From positions 5,873,621 through 5,937,620 of the forward strand of contig CM119264.1 in the NCBI GenBank assembly GCA_051294375.1: DNA of 64,000 bases, written 5' to 3'. The position numbers and the translations under genes are program-made. A model generated the notes under the pieces. That model was given only the letters and a program-made list of their open reading frames with translations, ran no database searches and had not been told where the DNA came from. Of this stretch, positions 1 through 13,068 are shown in pieces. The DNA is from Paraspadella gotoi (lineage: Eukaryota > Animalia > Chaetognatha). Every line of letters begins with the position of its first letter. Position 1 is the stretch's first letter.

Positions 1-3000
1 GTAAATACTACCTTTGCTACCCTCATGGTCCTTGGCAACAATTATACTCTTAGGCTAGGAGATGGCTCTTGTTTCTGGACCAGACTGTCACTCAGGACGA
101 TCCCGACGTACAAATAAAATTTCTAGGTAAATTAGCATACTATTCGATCTCTACCAAACAGCCCGATCACCTAATTGAAAGTCGAATTCTACATACAGAG
201 GATGTGTTTAGAAATGTAAAGTTGATTCATATCAAATGTATCCAGCATATACAGATGAGGCACACTAGTTATATTTAAATCTACATAAACGAAACGTTGT
301 ACCTATCGTCATTAATGTATTCAATGGAAAACTATCGGAGCATACGATCGTTTTTCGCTGAAGAGTATATGAGAGGAACGGATTAATTTCAAGCGTTTAT
401 ACTATACCACGGGAGGCATTCTGCTTATACAGATAACATAGGATGCTCTATAAATAAAGCTACCAGCGAATACTATTTCCCTATCTATTAACATCGCACA
501 AAAATCAACATTAATTGGTACTATGTTCTGGTTCGAACTATCAGCATATTGATAACAATCTCTAATCATTTGGTATAGAAGTCGATAGTAATTCATTCTA
601 TTTTATTTAAACAATCATGATTTTGATATATTTCCTATTTATCACTTTGAATCATTAAAACAATATTATTATTCTAAAATTGACAATAGACCTACGACAG
701 ATGTAGGTTGGAAGACTCATGTGTTAATACTGATTATATGAATGCTTATTAAAATCTATATATTTTTCACAATAAACTGAAATTTCACAGCTATATTACC
801 TTTGATCGGAATATCAGATAATTCGTATAAGTGGTAATTAATTTTATAACTATTGAGCGGATCTAAGCACAATAGAAGTTCGGTGCAACATGATTTATTC
901 TAAAATGTCCTACGAATTCCATATTTTCGTAAGGACTACAGCTTACTAATTATGCTAAAACGGAAAAAAACTGGATTCATAACATATTTGATCAGATCGC
1001 AATTTTTACTTTTCATTGATTCAAACATGGAATTGATTCAGTACAAGACATAAAATGAATATCAAAGCCAATACCTATGTGGGGGTTTTATATATCAAAA
1101 CATACACCAATGAATAGGTTAATTACTGTACATTAAGCTGATTTAATAAGAGTCATGTCTATTCTGCACATTTTAAGCCATTGGATCTGTGGCTTCTAAC
1201 AATCAGACAACTCTATAATTAATAAAATTTTTTTTCACAATTTGTTTAAAGCAGTGAAGTTCGCTGTATCTGGATAATTTAGATCAGGTCCTATCGACAA
1301 TTAATATAAGTTCAACCTTTTAGACATTAGCTTACACATTAATAGGCGTTATCCTCCCGAGTCGGTCACACTCTCATGAAGAATCACATTTTTCACCCAT
1401 CAATTCTATCATAGCGTACTTGTCCGCCCCTTACAAGAAATTTCTCGCAGAGTATACAGGTCAGAGTAGCTGATCCCCCCAGGTAAAATGTCAACTAATT
1501 ACGTTCATTGTTCAACACTTGCAGATCTCACCCCTCTCTCAAAGACTTCCGATCTAACGCACGATCATACATGTTATATCACATTACGATTATTTATATG
1601 ATGAGAATATAAACTCATGCGTTTCATTTCATTATATGATTAATTGTGTAACTACACGGAATTCCTGTTGACTATCACAACTTATTTCTCTTACAACGGT
1701 GGGGTCCCCGTCCTCAACCTTGGTGAGCTCAAGCGCGTTTCTACTATGTGTAAGTAGTAATGATCTGAACCGATAAATATCTAATTATCAATTCATACCG
1801 GCAGCTGATAATACGATTACGTTTATGCTTGTCATGCCTCGCATATTACTAGATTCGTTGTCTTAACTCTCGATTCTGGGCTAGCGTACCTCAATTCTAC
1901 ACAAAATCACCAAAAACTAAACACAAGCGAGTAACAATGCCGAAATCACGTTATCACCTGAATGAACCGAACGACGAAGGACAACAAGACACGATGCAAT
2001 ATCAATCATCATGTAAATAACAATTTGCCAATTTAATCTATTGCATACGGTTTATTCGTGGTGCAACATCTTTTATTGCATTTTTCGTTTGTGTACACAA
2101 TTTTAATATAAACGATCGATGATATCGTCATGTTAAAATAAGTTTTTTGAAGATAGCATTACGAAACTACTGTGGATTATATTTATATTCAATTTGTAAT
2201 GACGAAAAGTCAATAAAGCTTGCTAGTTTGACGTAGAATAAATAAACCAATATAAATTTATATTAGTCCACATTCTTAAAGATCTTTTTGTTATATGATG
2301 TCCTCAACATTAATAAAAGTAAAGTATAGATCAAGTATATCAATACACAACTTGCCTCCGGCATTTGTCAGATTAACCAGCTAATAGTACATGACGGATC
2401 GATGTCTAGTACCAAACCGGCGTATCGGCAGATGGTATAGCGCGGCTAGTCCTTTCTTCTCTGAAGATTTGGTCGGAATGCTTTCATGGCGATCGGCTGT
2501 CCATCATGTGTCAGTTCGTTATCATCGCAATCGCTCGTAGGAATGCCGACAGATTGGCTTCAGTCTGGGAAACCATATGCACTTTATTAACGGCATGACA
2601 GCCGGGACTGAAATTCTGCCAAGGAGGCAGATCATGTGCTCCCTTGATTCTACAGCAGATAGCGCTAGAGCGAGAACTGTCCGACGACTGGGCGCCGGCC
2701 TTGCGAAGGGAAGGATCGCTGCTTTGACGACTCGTTGATCTAATTCCTTCACCATAGGAAGGTAGTCACATCCCCACCTAACTTTCCTGTGAAAAGCGAC
2801 GATTCCACAGCAACACTGGATCAAAAAACGCTGTGAGTGGGACCTGACGACAGCCAGAATTTGTGTTCGCATGGGGAAGGTCTTTGGCGTGCAAAGACGA
2901 AGGGGAATATCGGCATATCGCACTGAACACATAAGAGACAGAATGGGAGCAGAACAGGACGAGACTTGCCCATCCTATTCAGGGACTCGCTCGTCCCAGA

Positions 3001-5569
3001 ACCCAGCCGCAGGTAGCCACTCAGCCCCTTTAGTTGAGCATGACTAGCACTGAAGTACGGACTGAGAGAGACGTAGACGCGAGTGACTAAGGCAGCATAG
3101 CCCATATAATCCCAAATACGGGGTGTAGGTGTGTAGATTGGGTGGCCAAGAGACACTCTCCCCATGTTTACTTCTTTGGTTCCACACTTCCTCAAAGCTC
3201 TTCTTCCTCTCACCAATACACACACTCCATTCTTCAGGCTTTTCATTCCGCTCTTGGCGTCAGGCCCTGCCTGTTTTCAAGCATAATCTCATTCAATTTC
3301 TCTGCAGCCTATTCATCTACGTTTCGTCGTCGCATGCATCCACCTACTCTGAGCTTACCGTGCGATCTCTTGCATCCGTCTGCTAGTTTCGAGCTAGCGC
3401 CCATGCGGCTCGCTCCAGTCAGTACTTCTTCACTTCCTTTATCGATTTCAGTCGCCTTCGAGACGAAGAGAGCATCTTTACGTTCCGGCACTAGAGGATC
3501 TCGATAGAAGCCAATCTCATGAGACGACTAGCATATCGCAAGGCACAAAGCCGGACGGCACTTGTATCCACTTCTGCTATTTCACCTGCTTGTCAGATTA
3601 GCAAACGGTCCTCACCTGGCCGTTTTGCGTACTCTACAGTCAAGAATACTACGGTCGATGGTGGGGGAGGGATAGTCTTATCTCCAATGTGAAGTCTCTT
3701 AAGGACGATGCGAATCAGCACGCCATTTTGTCTAAGCGCTTCAATTATTGAGGACAGTGCTGAGGATTCACTTTAAATGCATTGATGACCTGATCTTACT
3801 TTGCACACCACTGACTGCGACGTGGGTTTTGCTCTGCGATACCGTGTGCTCTGCTGCTACGATATGATCTCTGTTAAGTCACTGAAGTGGCACGCCTCTA
3901 CTTCCCTACTAGTTTCTAAAGTAGTTGTCTTACTCAATATATTCCACGATAAAACAAGAATCTACAAGAAGAGTACCCGTCAAATGATTTGCAGACTTTT
4001 ACTTACGTTATTCTTACTAATGAATGTCTCTAGGGGAGTGGGATCGCGAAGAACACAATATTATTTTGCGCTGATTTTATTGTAAAACTGAAAGATAAAA
4101 AATGTTGCTCGCGTCGTGGAAGGATGCTATCACCGGGTGGAAGAGAATCTATCTGATGGGCGAGCAATCGCGATAGCCTTTGAAACCTAATGCGCGCTGC
4201 AAGACGCGCACGTCGATTGGAACGTCTGTTTGTTGGACAATTGACGCTCACATGAGTTGGGCAGCGATAAGCCTCATCATTAGTGGCGGACGTAGTGGAG
4301 TGGCAAAAGACAGTCGGTTCTACTGCCTTGGCGGTCCGTGTGCAGATTACAGGCTCAGGCATAAGCTCTGATGGGCCCCTAGCATGGCTGCAGAAGTTGA
4401 GGACTTTTGTCTCCACTACACTCCAAATTTACGTAGTGTAGGTTTGTCGTAGTATCTCCAAAAGGTGGCGTGCATTGGCATGTAGCTGATGATGTCTATT
4501 AGTTCTGATCAATGACGGATAAGGAACGTAACATAAGTTCAGACTAGCTTCTTTTTACGAAGGACATATAATTTGCGGTCGCCAACAGCCGTCCCTTGAG
4601 TCTGGGGCTGGTGACCCAACCCCACGCACTTCCCAGGAGTAAGGGCTAAATTACTGAATCTCTCGACCAGTTGATCTGTGACGCCTATTTCGTAAAGTGA
4701 CTGCAAAAAATGGGGTAGAACCGGGGCGCATGCATGATTAGGCGCGAACTGCCAAGTACACGAATGTGTTCTGAGTCTTACGGGTTCAGAGTCATTCTGT
4801 CGAGTCTGCTTCAACCCCCCCCCCTCGTGCCGCTGGCCCAATCAGCCCACTTCCCCTCTTCGTTGCTTCTGTGGTGCCGCAGTGCGCGCGTTTACCGGCG
4901 ATGTCATTTTGCGATAAGCTGTAATAAACCTTCCTAATCGGGGGGGAAAGCAATTTAAGGAAGAACCAGCGACAGAGACAGAAGATAGAACATGACCCCC
5001 AATTTCAACACGGAAGACAAATAAAAAAACCAATGCGTGTAATTACAAACAATAACATATGAAATCCACAATCTTCCAATGTTATTAAACACTACTCAAG
5101 CCAATAGTACAAACGATTAGTTTGAGGAGGAAGGGAAGCTCATGGTCCGCCCATTGCCGCCCTTTCGCCCAGAACCAACTCCAAGGCTGGACCGGTCGCT
5201 CCACATTATGAACAATACGGGTCAGAGCCGGAGAATCCGCGCGGAATTCTGGGTGCTACAACGTTCTCAACAAAATTCAAGACGCTGCATAACAATCCGC
5301 GCACATCTCAACCGAAAAACGCGCTCACAATAAAACCAAATCTCATACCTGAAAGGCGAACCAGCATCGCCACGTATCATGGTAACTCTTCAAACCAAAA
5401 ATGACCTCTAGTTCAGACTACTAAAAAAAACAAAGCGCTACGGTATTGCAACTTCGCAGTCCGTCAACACGGCACAACTCGCCGACCCCAGGTGAGGGCA
5501 CAGCCGCGAGGCAGGGCCGCGGGGAGCTGTGGGGAAAACAACCCACTCTGACCGCGCCGAATGTACTCC

Positions 5570-8287
5570 AAAAAAAAGGCGGGGAAAACAAACAACCAAC
5601 AAAAGAGCGACACAACACAACAAAGACCACAGCAAAAGTAACCACCGCCGGAATGACCTCGTCGACGCGCAATGCAACTCCGACGACACGAGAAAGCCCG
5701 AAGCGCTGCATCCCCGAAATCCCCCACAACTCCTTAAAGCTTACTGCCGCCCGACTACTGCTCGTACCACCTATAACGAACGCTAGAAAAGAGCGTTGGC
5801 TAACATTTGGAGTATCAGAAACGCTGCCTCCATCTAGAAGGGGCATACTTCGGACCCTGACCAGACAAAAGAGCCCGGAATGGCTGATGGTGGGAGGCGG
5901 TGGAGTGGCGGTGCGGCTGCGGCGAAGCCGGCGGCGGAAAGCAGACACTGGAGGGTAGTCGCAGTTGAAAACACGCGCCTCAGTCCAAAAAAACGGAGAT
6001 GAGCACTGGTGAAGCAAGGGGGCAAGAGGAGGCCGAAACAAGGGTGTCTTCCCCCTGCAGCCGTACATAAGACGCTCCGAGGGGCAAACGAGTCAGGAGG
6101 CCCGAGTCGCGGCTCTTCCGCTCCGCAGATCCCGTCACAGGGGCGTCCGAGGCGGCAAGGCGAACAGGGCCCGCAGTCAAGGCTCTTCCTCTCACGATAT
6201 GCCACGTCACAACGAAGACGAGAAAAGATGGCGGCCGCTGAAGAGAGAACTTCAAAAAGCCAGGTTGAGAATATCTGTATTCTGAACTCCAAAAAAGAGA
6301 AACGAAAAATATGCAAAATTATTTCAACAAATAATAATCAAAAAATTTTTCGTAAAAAAAAAGCCGTCTGGAGGACTGACGCAAATGCCGGCGAACAGAA
6401 AGAAGTAGATTTCTGTCTCGGCGTCGACGCGTACTGACGGTAGCGTACGGCGAGCCGGAAGCGGAAAGAGAAGGCGGGGAAGAGGCAGTTTTCCTCTTAC
6501 GTTTTTCTCTCGGGAGAGTGTCGCGTTTCGCAGAGAGCAGAGCTCACTTGTGGTGGGGAAGAACTACATTGATAGAATCTCAAATGTGTGAAAATTAACA
6601 AAAATAGTAGCCTATTGAATAGGCTTTTAGACACCTATAAAATATCAAAAAAACTTTTGCTGTTTAGCACAAATTAATTTTTAAAGACGTCTTTTAATTT
6701 AGTGACTTTTTTTGCATCTTGGCATTTATTTTGATAAAGAGATTATTTACAACATCATTTATTAGTTTTTAAAGATGAGGTACATACTGACCTTGATTAA
6801 TAAAAAAAAACCGCCATCCTTTTAATCCACTGGAAAAGCATCAGGACTTGTTTTCTCAAAAATCGACAGATTTGTGCTGCGAAAAATTTTCCGCAAAATC
6901 TGGTCGATTTTATCTAATATTTGCTAGGCCAACCAAAATTGAAAGAAACAATTCATGCGCTACCATTATTTTCTTTCTTTATAATGGCTTATTAAAGGAA
7001 TTTTCTTAGTTGCATTTGGCTCAATGTAATGTAGTTGCACAGTGAAGACGAAAGGGAAATACTTATTAAAGATAGAGAAGGGTGAGAGAATGAAACGAGA
7101 GGGTGAAAGGGCAATGAAATACGAAGGCAAATGGGGGAAAAAATAGTGAAACCAATTGCTAGATAAAGAAAAGAGGGGAAAAATGGCAAAAAAAAAGAGA
7201 GGTGAAAAAAAGAAGGGAAAAGAATGAAAATGAGAAAAACAAAGGTGAGCGAAAGTGCATCGAGCTTGACCGGAAAAACGTGTGGTGCCAAAACATGGTA
7301 ATGACAGCCTGTGAGAAGATAAGGGAAGAAAGAGGGAAGAAGGATAATATAAAGTAAGAGAAGAAAAAGAGGTGAAGAAAAATTATCAGGAAAAGCGTAT
7401 GATAGAAAAAAAAATTGATATCACGTATACTGCTAGGCGTCTTACCCTAAAAATATTTTGTGTCAGTAAAAACGATGAGATTCTTATAAAGGAAGTTCGA
7501 TCTTTAAAAATCATCTGCTACCATAAATAATTCAAGCATACTTTTTTTTCTCAACAATTAAGCAGTTATGATGAGATTAGAATTGGACAAAGCATTGAAG
7601 ATAATCATGTTCTTACCGTATTTTTTAACTCCTATAGAAATTTACATTGGGAAGCTTCTAAAGTGTGATAAGAAGGAGATAACTTGAGGCTACCACGTTT
7701 TTTTAAATGAAGAAAGCTTTTCGTTACTAACCAATGAGTCATCAAGAAATATAGCGCTAAATTATTGAGAAGCTTCAGATTCGGTTGTCTAATAAAGACA
7801 TCCCGGATTGTATGCGAAACCATAATACTATATAGATATACTACACCTATATATATACACTAGTATATATACTATAATAAATATATATATATATACTAGT
7901 ATATATTATACTATAATTAAATGTTATACCTTTGATATCGTGTGCTTCAGGTTGTCACCAATATCATCACCATCTCTTCCAAAGAAAACTCCGATTTGCT
8001 CCGAGCGTAACGAAATAATCTCAGCGTCAGGTTTCTGCACGGAAAGAGAAAAGCGGAAAAGTTATGCCATCTAATGATGCCTTTATCGAGAGACGGACCG
8101 ACGGACGGATAAATATTTGCGAATTGAGGAAAGATAAGTAGATAGATATACATTGACAGAAATAAAATAAAGAAAGTAATACGTAGGCAAAACCTTGCAG
8201 TCGTAATCGCCGCTGACGATGACGCAGTCGAAGAGATCCCGGACTCCGGTTCTCTCCAGCTTCTGCCCACTGAATGATGCCAGGAGT
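5570..8287. repeat. Direct duplicate of ~10715-13428, with many small indel differences, flanking the N-gap
   Basis: Colinear matches throughout, e.g. 5791 gagcgttggctaacatttggagtatcagaa vs 10934 gagcgttggctaattggagatctagaa, and 8037-8200 vs 13174-13340. Differences are mostly 1-2 nt indels, typical of uncorrected long-read sequence. Confidence 0.9.
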
Positions 8288-8460
8288 GCCAATTGGTGCT
8301 ATTGAGGGACGAGGGCTGTACTCGCTGACGCAGCCGCGCGCAAGCATCGCCTCTACGTCCTCGTTCACCAGCGCGAGGTAGTCGAGGCGCCTGCGACTCA
8401 GTATGAGGATGATCAAGCGCCACGGAAGAGGCGCGAATCGTATTCGGGAGCAAGGACTCG
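7930..8460 (-). pseudogene. NANP: Frameshifted duplicate copy of two NANP-like exons (probably sequencing error rather than a true pseudogene)
   Basis: Pieces across frames read RRRLDYLAL-NEDVEAMLAR ... QKLERTGVRDLFDCVIVSGDYDCK | KPDAEI ... IGDNL. These match NANP/HDHD4 (RLQHMTLAEDVKAML ... FDAVVVGGEQREEKP ... VGDTLETDI). Confidence 0.7.
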
Positions 8461-8485
8461 NNNNNNNNNNNNNNNNNNNNNNNNN
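8461..8485. other. Assembly gap (25 N)
   Basis: Run of 25 n in the sequence. Confidence 1.
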
Positions 8486-8978
8486 CTACGTTTTATTTCG
8501 TTTCCTTAAGAATTAATAATATTATACTAATATATATGGCTGTTCCGCGTTAACAAAACGTTGCACTTTAGGAAAAAAACGACTCTTTCCACTCATTGCT
8601 TCAGTGTCTTACTTACAATGTTGTATAACTTTGTACCACAACACAAATGTAGCCGTGAACGACAGGATTGGTTAAAAACATCTCCACCCATTTTCTTACA
8701 TGAGTAAAATAGTACCATTTTGGCAATTTATTAGCCAAAAAAATTTATGTCATTTTTGTTCCCATTTTTACTTACGACTTACCTGATTTGAATTGCCATA
8801 GGAAGCTTGAGAAAATTTTTTTACTTGTGGAAATCCGTTCTTTCCTTATCTTTCTTTTACCTCTGGGTAACATTTATTAGCTTAAATCATTTATAGTTTG
8901 ACCTATAAAATTAATTTAAACGTTAACAAGTCAAAAAGTTGAGTTCTAGTCTTTATCATAATTGTTAAATCAAAAATA

Positions 8979-11714
8979 AATTTTTGCGTTCTTTATGGAA
9001 CCGGGATGTCTTCATGGTTCTTCTCCACCAGACAAGTGAGCATCTGCTTCTCGAAACGCGACATTCTCCCTGACGAGAAAAAACGAAGAGGGAAAACTCC
9101 TCTTCCCCGCCTTCTCTTCCCCCTCCCGTACTCCTTACCTTCGAGTACGCCGACACGAGATCAGAATCACTCGTAGCAAGCAAACAAGAGGGGGAATTTC
9201 CCGCGAAGACTTCCTGGTTGACGTGCCACGCCATGGCACCGGACGTCGTAGAGGGGGCGATGAGAACCGCCCAAAAAATACCAGTTTCCATGGACGTAAA
9301 GCCGGGCCCTGGAGAACCTGCGGACGGCCCGGTACGATGGCAACGGGCCGAAAGAGCCTGTCGGGCGAATCAGTACAGCGCTCCTTAGACGTCCTGGAGC
9401 CCCGCCCCTACGCTTGGGAGGCGGCGAAAGACTTTGCGAGGGCCTGTGTAGGGACGTGCGAGCCGGGACTACGCGGACTAGCCACTGCCCCACGTCTTGC
9501 GGCTAGCAGAATCAGGCGCAATTGTGTGGCGCCCCGAGAGCGGAGAAGCGAAAGAATGGTAACGCTTGAGTGACGTCTGCTGGATGCGGTCTCCGAAAAA
9601 GAACGAACGTGGAGGAGCGGATAACTGGACAGAACTGTTCTTGAGATCCGTAGCGGGCAGCGTCGTGACAACTAAGCGCCGAGACTCGCGAGAGGGCCGA
9701 ACCCAAAAATCGCCGCCAAACCCGACGAGAGCGTCTCAAGCGGGCTTGGCAAGAGTCGTCAAGTGTGGCCTGCGCCACTGCATCCGGGCCCCTCCGAGCC
9801 GTAGGCCTCAACCTATGAGGCGGAAGCTAGTCAGCGATCAGAAAGGACAGCATGAGCGGACGCTCCGGCGTTCCCTCATTGATGCGTCAAAAGCCTTGGA
9901 TACATGCGCGCGTCGTCTTGGAAGTCCTTCCGTAACTGGCCGTTTCGAATACTGAGCGGCAAGGCAATATCTCTTTGAGCAGGGACGATAACTCCGCCGT
10001 TGCCGTAAGGAAACATCCGACCAGCGGCCGGAAGCGCGTATTGCGGAAAGCACGTCCCACGACGCGTAAAAGAACGTCGTCCTGGCCAACTCTGCGCAAA
10101 CCTTCCATCTGCTGCAGGACCCACTCCGTAAGGCTGTTATAGAGCACGACGAGACAAGAAGTTGTCATAAAACCCGGCCCAGCAGACTTTTCAGAGGAGG
10201 CAAACCCTCCTCTGATCGCGAAAACGGACGGCGTCTGTCGTCGACTTGCGCAGACCTGGGGCTCGACTGCAGGAAGGCTACGTGACGCAGTCACCCGCTT
10301 CGGATGCGCGAAGGCCGATTCCGCCGCCGAATGAGGCACCGCCAAAAGAACGCCTGAAGACTCGCAAGTCGCCCTGGCCGAACAAACGTAAGATTACGAC
10401 GAAAGAACGGCTGAAATGGCGAACAGAGGCGTCCAAGAACATGAAGCAAACCACGTACATGGGAAAAAAGAGAAATCATAAAAAATGACCAGTCTCAAAA
10501 AAAGGAACCCCAAAAACACCCACCAATCAAGACAAGCGAGCCTGAGCGCCCTCCTACCACGGGTGGTGCCGAGGGCGTGTGACGGTGGGTGTTGCGGTGG
10601 AAGAACCATGAAGAATCCCGGTTCCATTAAAGAACCAAAAATTCTATCATGTATTCTGTGACCCCAACCAACAATAGTGAGCCTGTAACAAGACCCAGGC
10701 GAACAGGCCCGACAAAAAAAAGGCGGAAAACACAACAACATAAGTCGATATATGGCACACAGGAAGACCACGCAATACCGTACGCCGAAGACCTGTCACG
10801 CGCAAAAAAGCTGCCGAAAACCGAGAAAGCCCAGAAGCAGTCTGCACCTGCCGAAGATCCTCTCCAACTCCTAGAAGCGATGTACTGAGCGGCCGACTAA
10901 CTCTCGTTATTCGCCAAGACGAGACGCTAGAAAGAGCGTTGGCTAATTGGAGATCTAGAACGCTTGCCTCCATCTGTAAGGGACATACTTCGGCTACCTG
11001 ACCAGAAAAGAGCCCGGAATGGCTGATTGGTGGAGGCTGGTGCGAGTGGTGCAGGCGGCGGGAAGCGCGGCGGCGGAAGTAGACATTGGAGGGTAGTCGC
11101 AGTTGAAAACACGCGCCTTCATGTCCAAAAAAACGGATGAGCACTCGGACAAACGAAGGGGCAGAGAGGGGCCGAAACAAGGGGTGTCTTCCCCCTGCAA
11201 GCCGTACATAAAGCGCTCCGAGGGGCAAACGAGAGGGAGGCCCGAGTCGCGGCTCTTCCCCTCCGCAGGTCACCGTCCAGGGTGCGTCGAGGGGCAAGGC
11301 GAACAGGTGCCGCAGTCAAGGCTCTTCCTCTCACGTTATGCCACGCCACAACGAAGACGGAAAAAGATGGCGGCCGTTGAAGAGAGAACTTCAAAAAAGC
11401 CGAGTGTTGAGAATATCTGTTATTCTGGAATCTCCAAATAAAGAGAAACGAAAAATATGCAAAATTATCTTCAACAAAAATAATCAAAAAATTTTCGTAA
11501 AAAAAAAGCGCGTGGGAACTGACGCAAAGGCCGCGAACAGAAAGAAGTAGATTCTGTCTCGGTCGTCGAGCGTACTGACGGTAGCGTACCGGGGAGGGAA
11601 AGAGAAGGCGGGGAAGAGGCAGTTTTCCTTCTTACGTTTTTCTCTCGCGGAGGATGTCGCGTTTCAGGAGAGCAGAGCTCACTATTGTGTGGGGAAGAAC
11701 TACATTGATAGAAT
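8979..11714 (-). mobile_element. DIRS-like tyrosine-recombinase retroelement, internally deleted and degenerate
   Basis: Imperfect inverted terminal repeats of ~180 bp (~8995-9180 vs ~11535-11710). An internal complementary region at ~10590-10675 equals the reverse complement of the left end plus the reverse complement of the right end. Frameshifted YR-like remnants on the minus strand at ~9200-10100 (WDVLSAIRA, FCPV, GQWLVRVV, SPPP). AAT at both termini. Confidence 0.7.
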
Positions 11715-13068
11715 CTTAAATTGCGTGAAAATTAATCAGAAAATAGTAGCCTATTGAATAGGCTTTTGAACAAACCTATGAAAATTATCAAAAAAACTTT
11801 TTGCTGGTTTAGCCACAAATATTTTTAAAGACGTCTTTTATTTAGTGACTTTTTTGACTTGCATTTATTTTGATAAAGAGAATTATTTTACAATCATTTA
11901 TTAGTTTTTAAAAGATGAGGTACATACTGACCTTGATTAATTAAAAAAGAACCGCATCCTTTTAATCCACTGCGAAAGCATCAGGACTTGTTTTTCTCAA
12001 AATCGACAATTTTGCGGAAAAACTTTTCCGCAAATGATCTGGTCGATTTTTACTAAATTTGCTAGGCCAACCAAAAATTGAAAGAAACAATTCATGCGCT
12101 CACCATTAGTTTTCTTTCTTTATATATGCTTATTAAAGGAATTTCTAGTTGCATTTGGCTCAATGTAATGTAAGTGACAGTGAAGACGAAAGGGAAAACT
12201 ATATTAATAGAGAAGGGAGAGAATGAAAGACGAGGGTGAAAGGGCAATGAAAAATCGAAGGCAAATGGGGAAAAAATAGTGAAACCAATTGTCTAGATAA
12301 AGAAAAGAGGGGAAAAATGGAAAGAAAAAGAGGGGAAAAAAGAAATGGGGAAAGAATGAAAATGCAGAAAAAGGTGAGGAAAGCATGCACTGAGCTTGAC
12401 CGAAAAACGTCGTAGGCCGGCAAAAAACATGGTAAGTGACAAGCCTGTGAGAAGTGAGAGGAGGAAAGAGAGGAAGAAGGAAAATATAAAGTAAGAGAAG
12501 AAAAAGAGGTGAAGAAAATATTATCAGGAAAAAGCGTATGATAGAAGAAAAAAAACTTGTATCACGTATAACTGTAGGGCGTCTTACCCTTAAAATATTT
12601 TGTGTGCAGTAAAAAACATGAGGATTCTTATAAGGAATTCGATCTTTTGAAAAATCACCTGCTACCATAAATAATTCAAGCATACTTTTTTTCTCAACAG
12701 ATTAAGCAGTTATGATGAGATTAGAATTGACAAAGCATTGAAGATAATCATTGTTCTTACCGTATTTTTAATCCTATAGAAATTTACATTGGGAAGTTCT
12801 AAGGTGGATACAGAAGGAGATAACTTGAGGCTAGCCGTTTTTTTAAATGAAGAAAGCTTTCGTACTAACCAATGAGCTATCAAGAAATATAGCGCGTAAA
12901 TTAATTGAAGAGTTCAGATTCGTTGTCTAATAAAGACCACCGATTGTATGCGATAACCATATACTATATAGTAGTATACTACACTATATTATATACACTA
13001 GTATAATATACTATAATAAAATAATATATATATACTAGTATATATATTACTATAATTAAAAGTTATAC

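Noticed and set aside
1-5400. Short ORFs and mixed-composition sequence at the window start
   Set aside because: No recognisable protein motifs or consistent exon structure. It adjoins demonstrably error-rich sequence and may be low-quality read-derived sequence, so I cannot annotate it.
5421-11550. Many overlapping 80-215 aa ORFs on both strands
   Set aside because: They lie inside GC-rich DIRS-like copies and are not preserved between copies.
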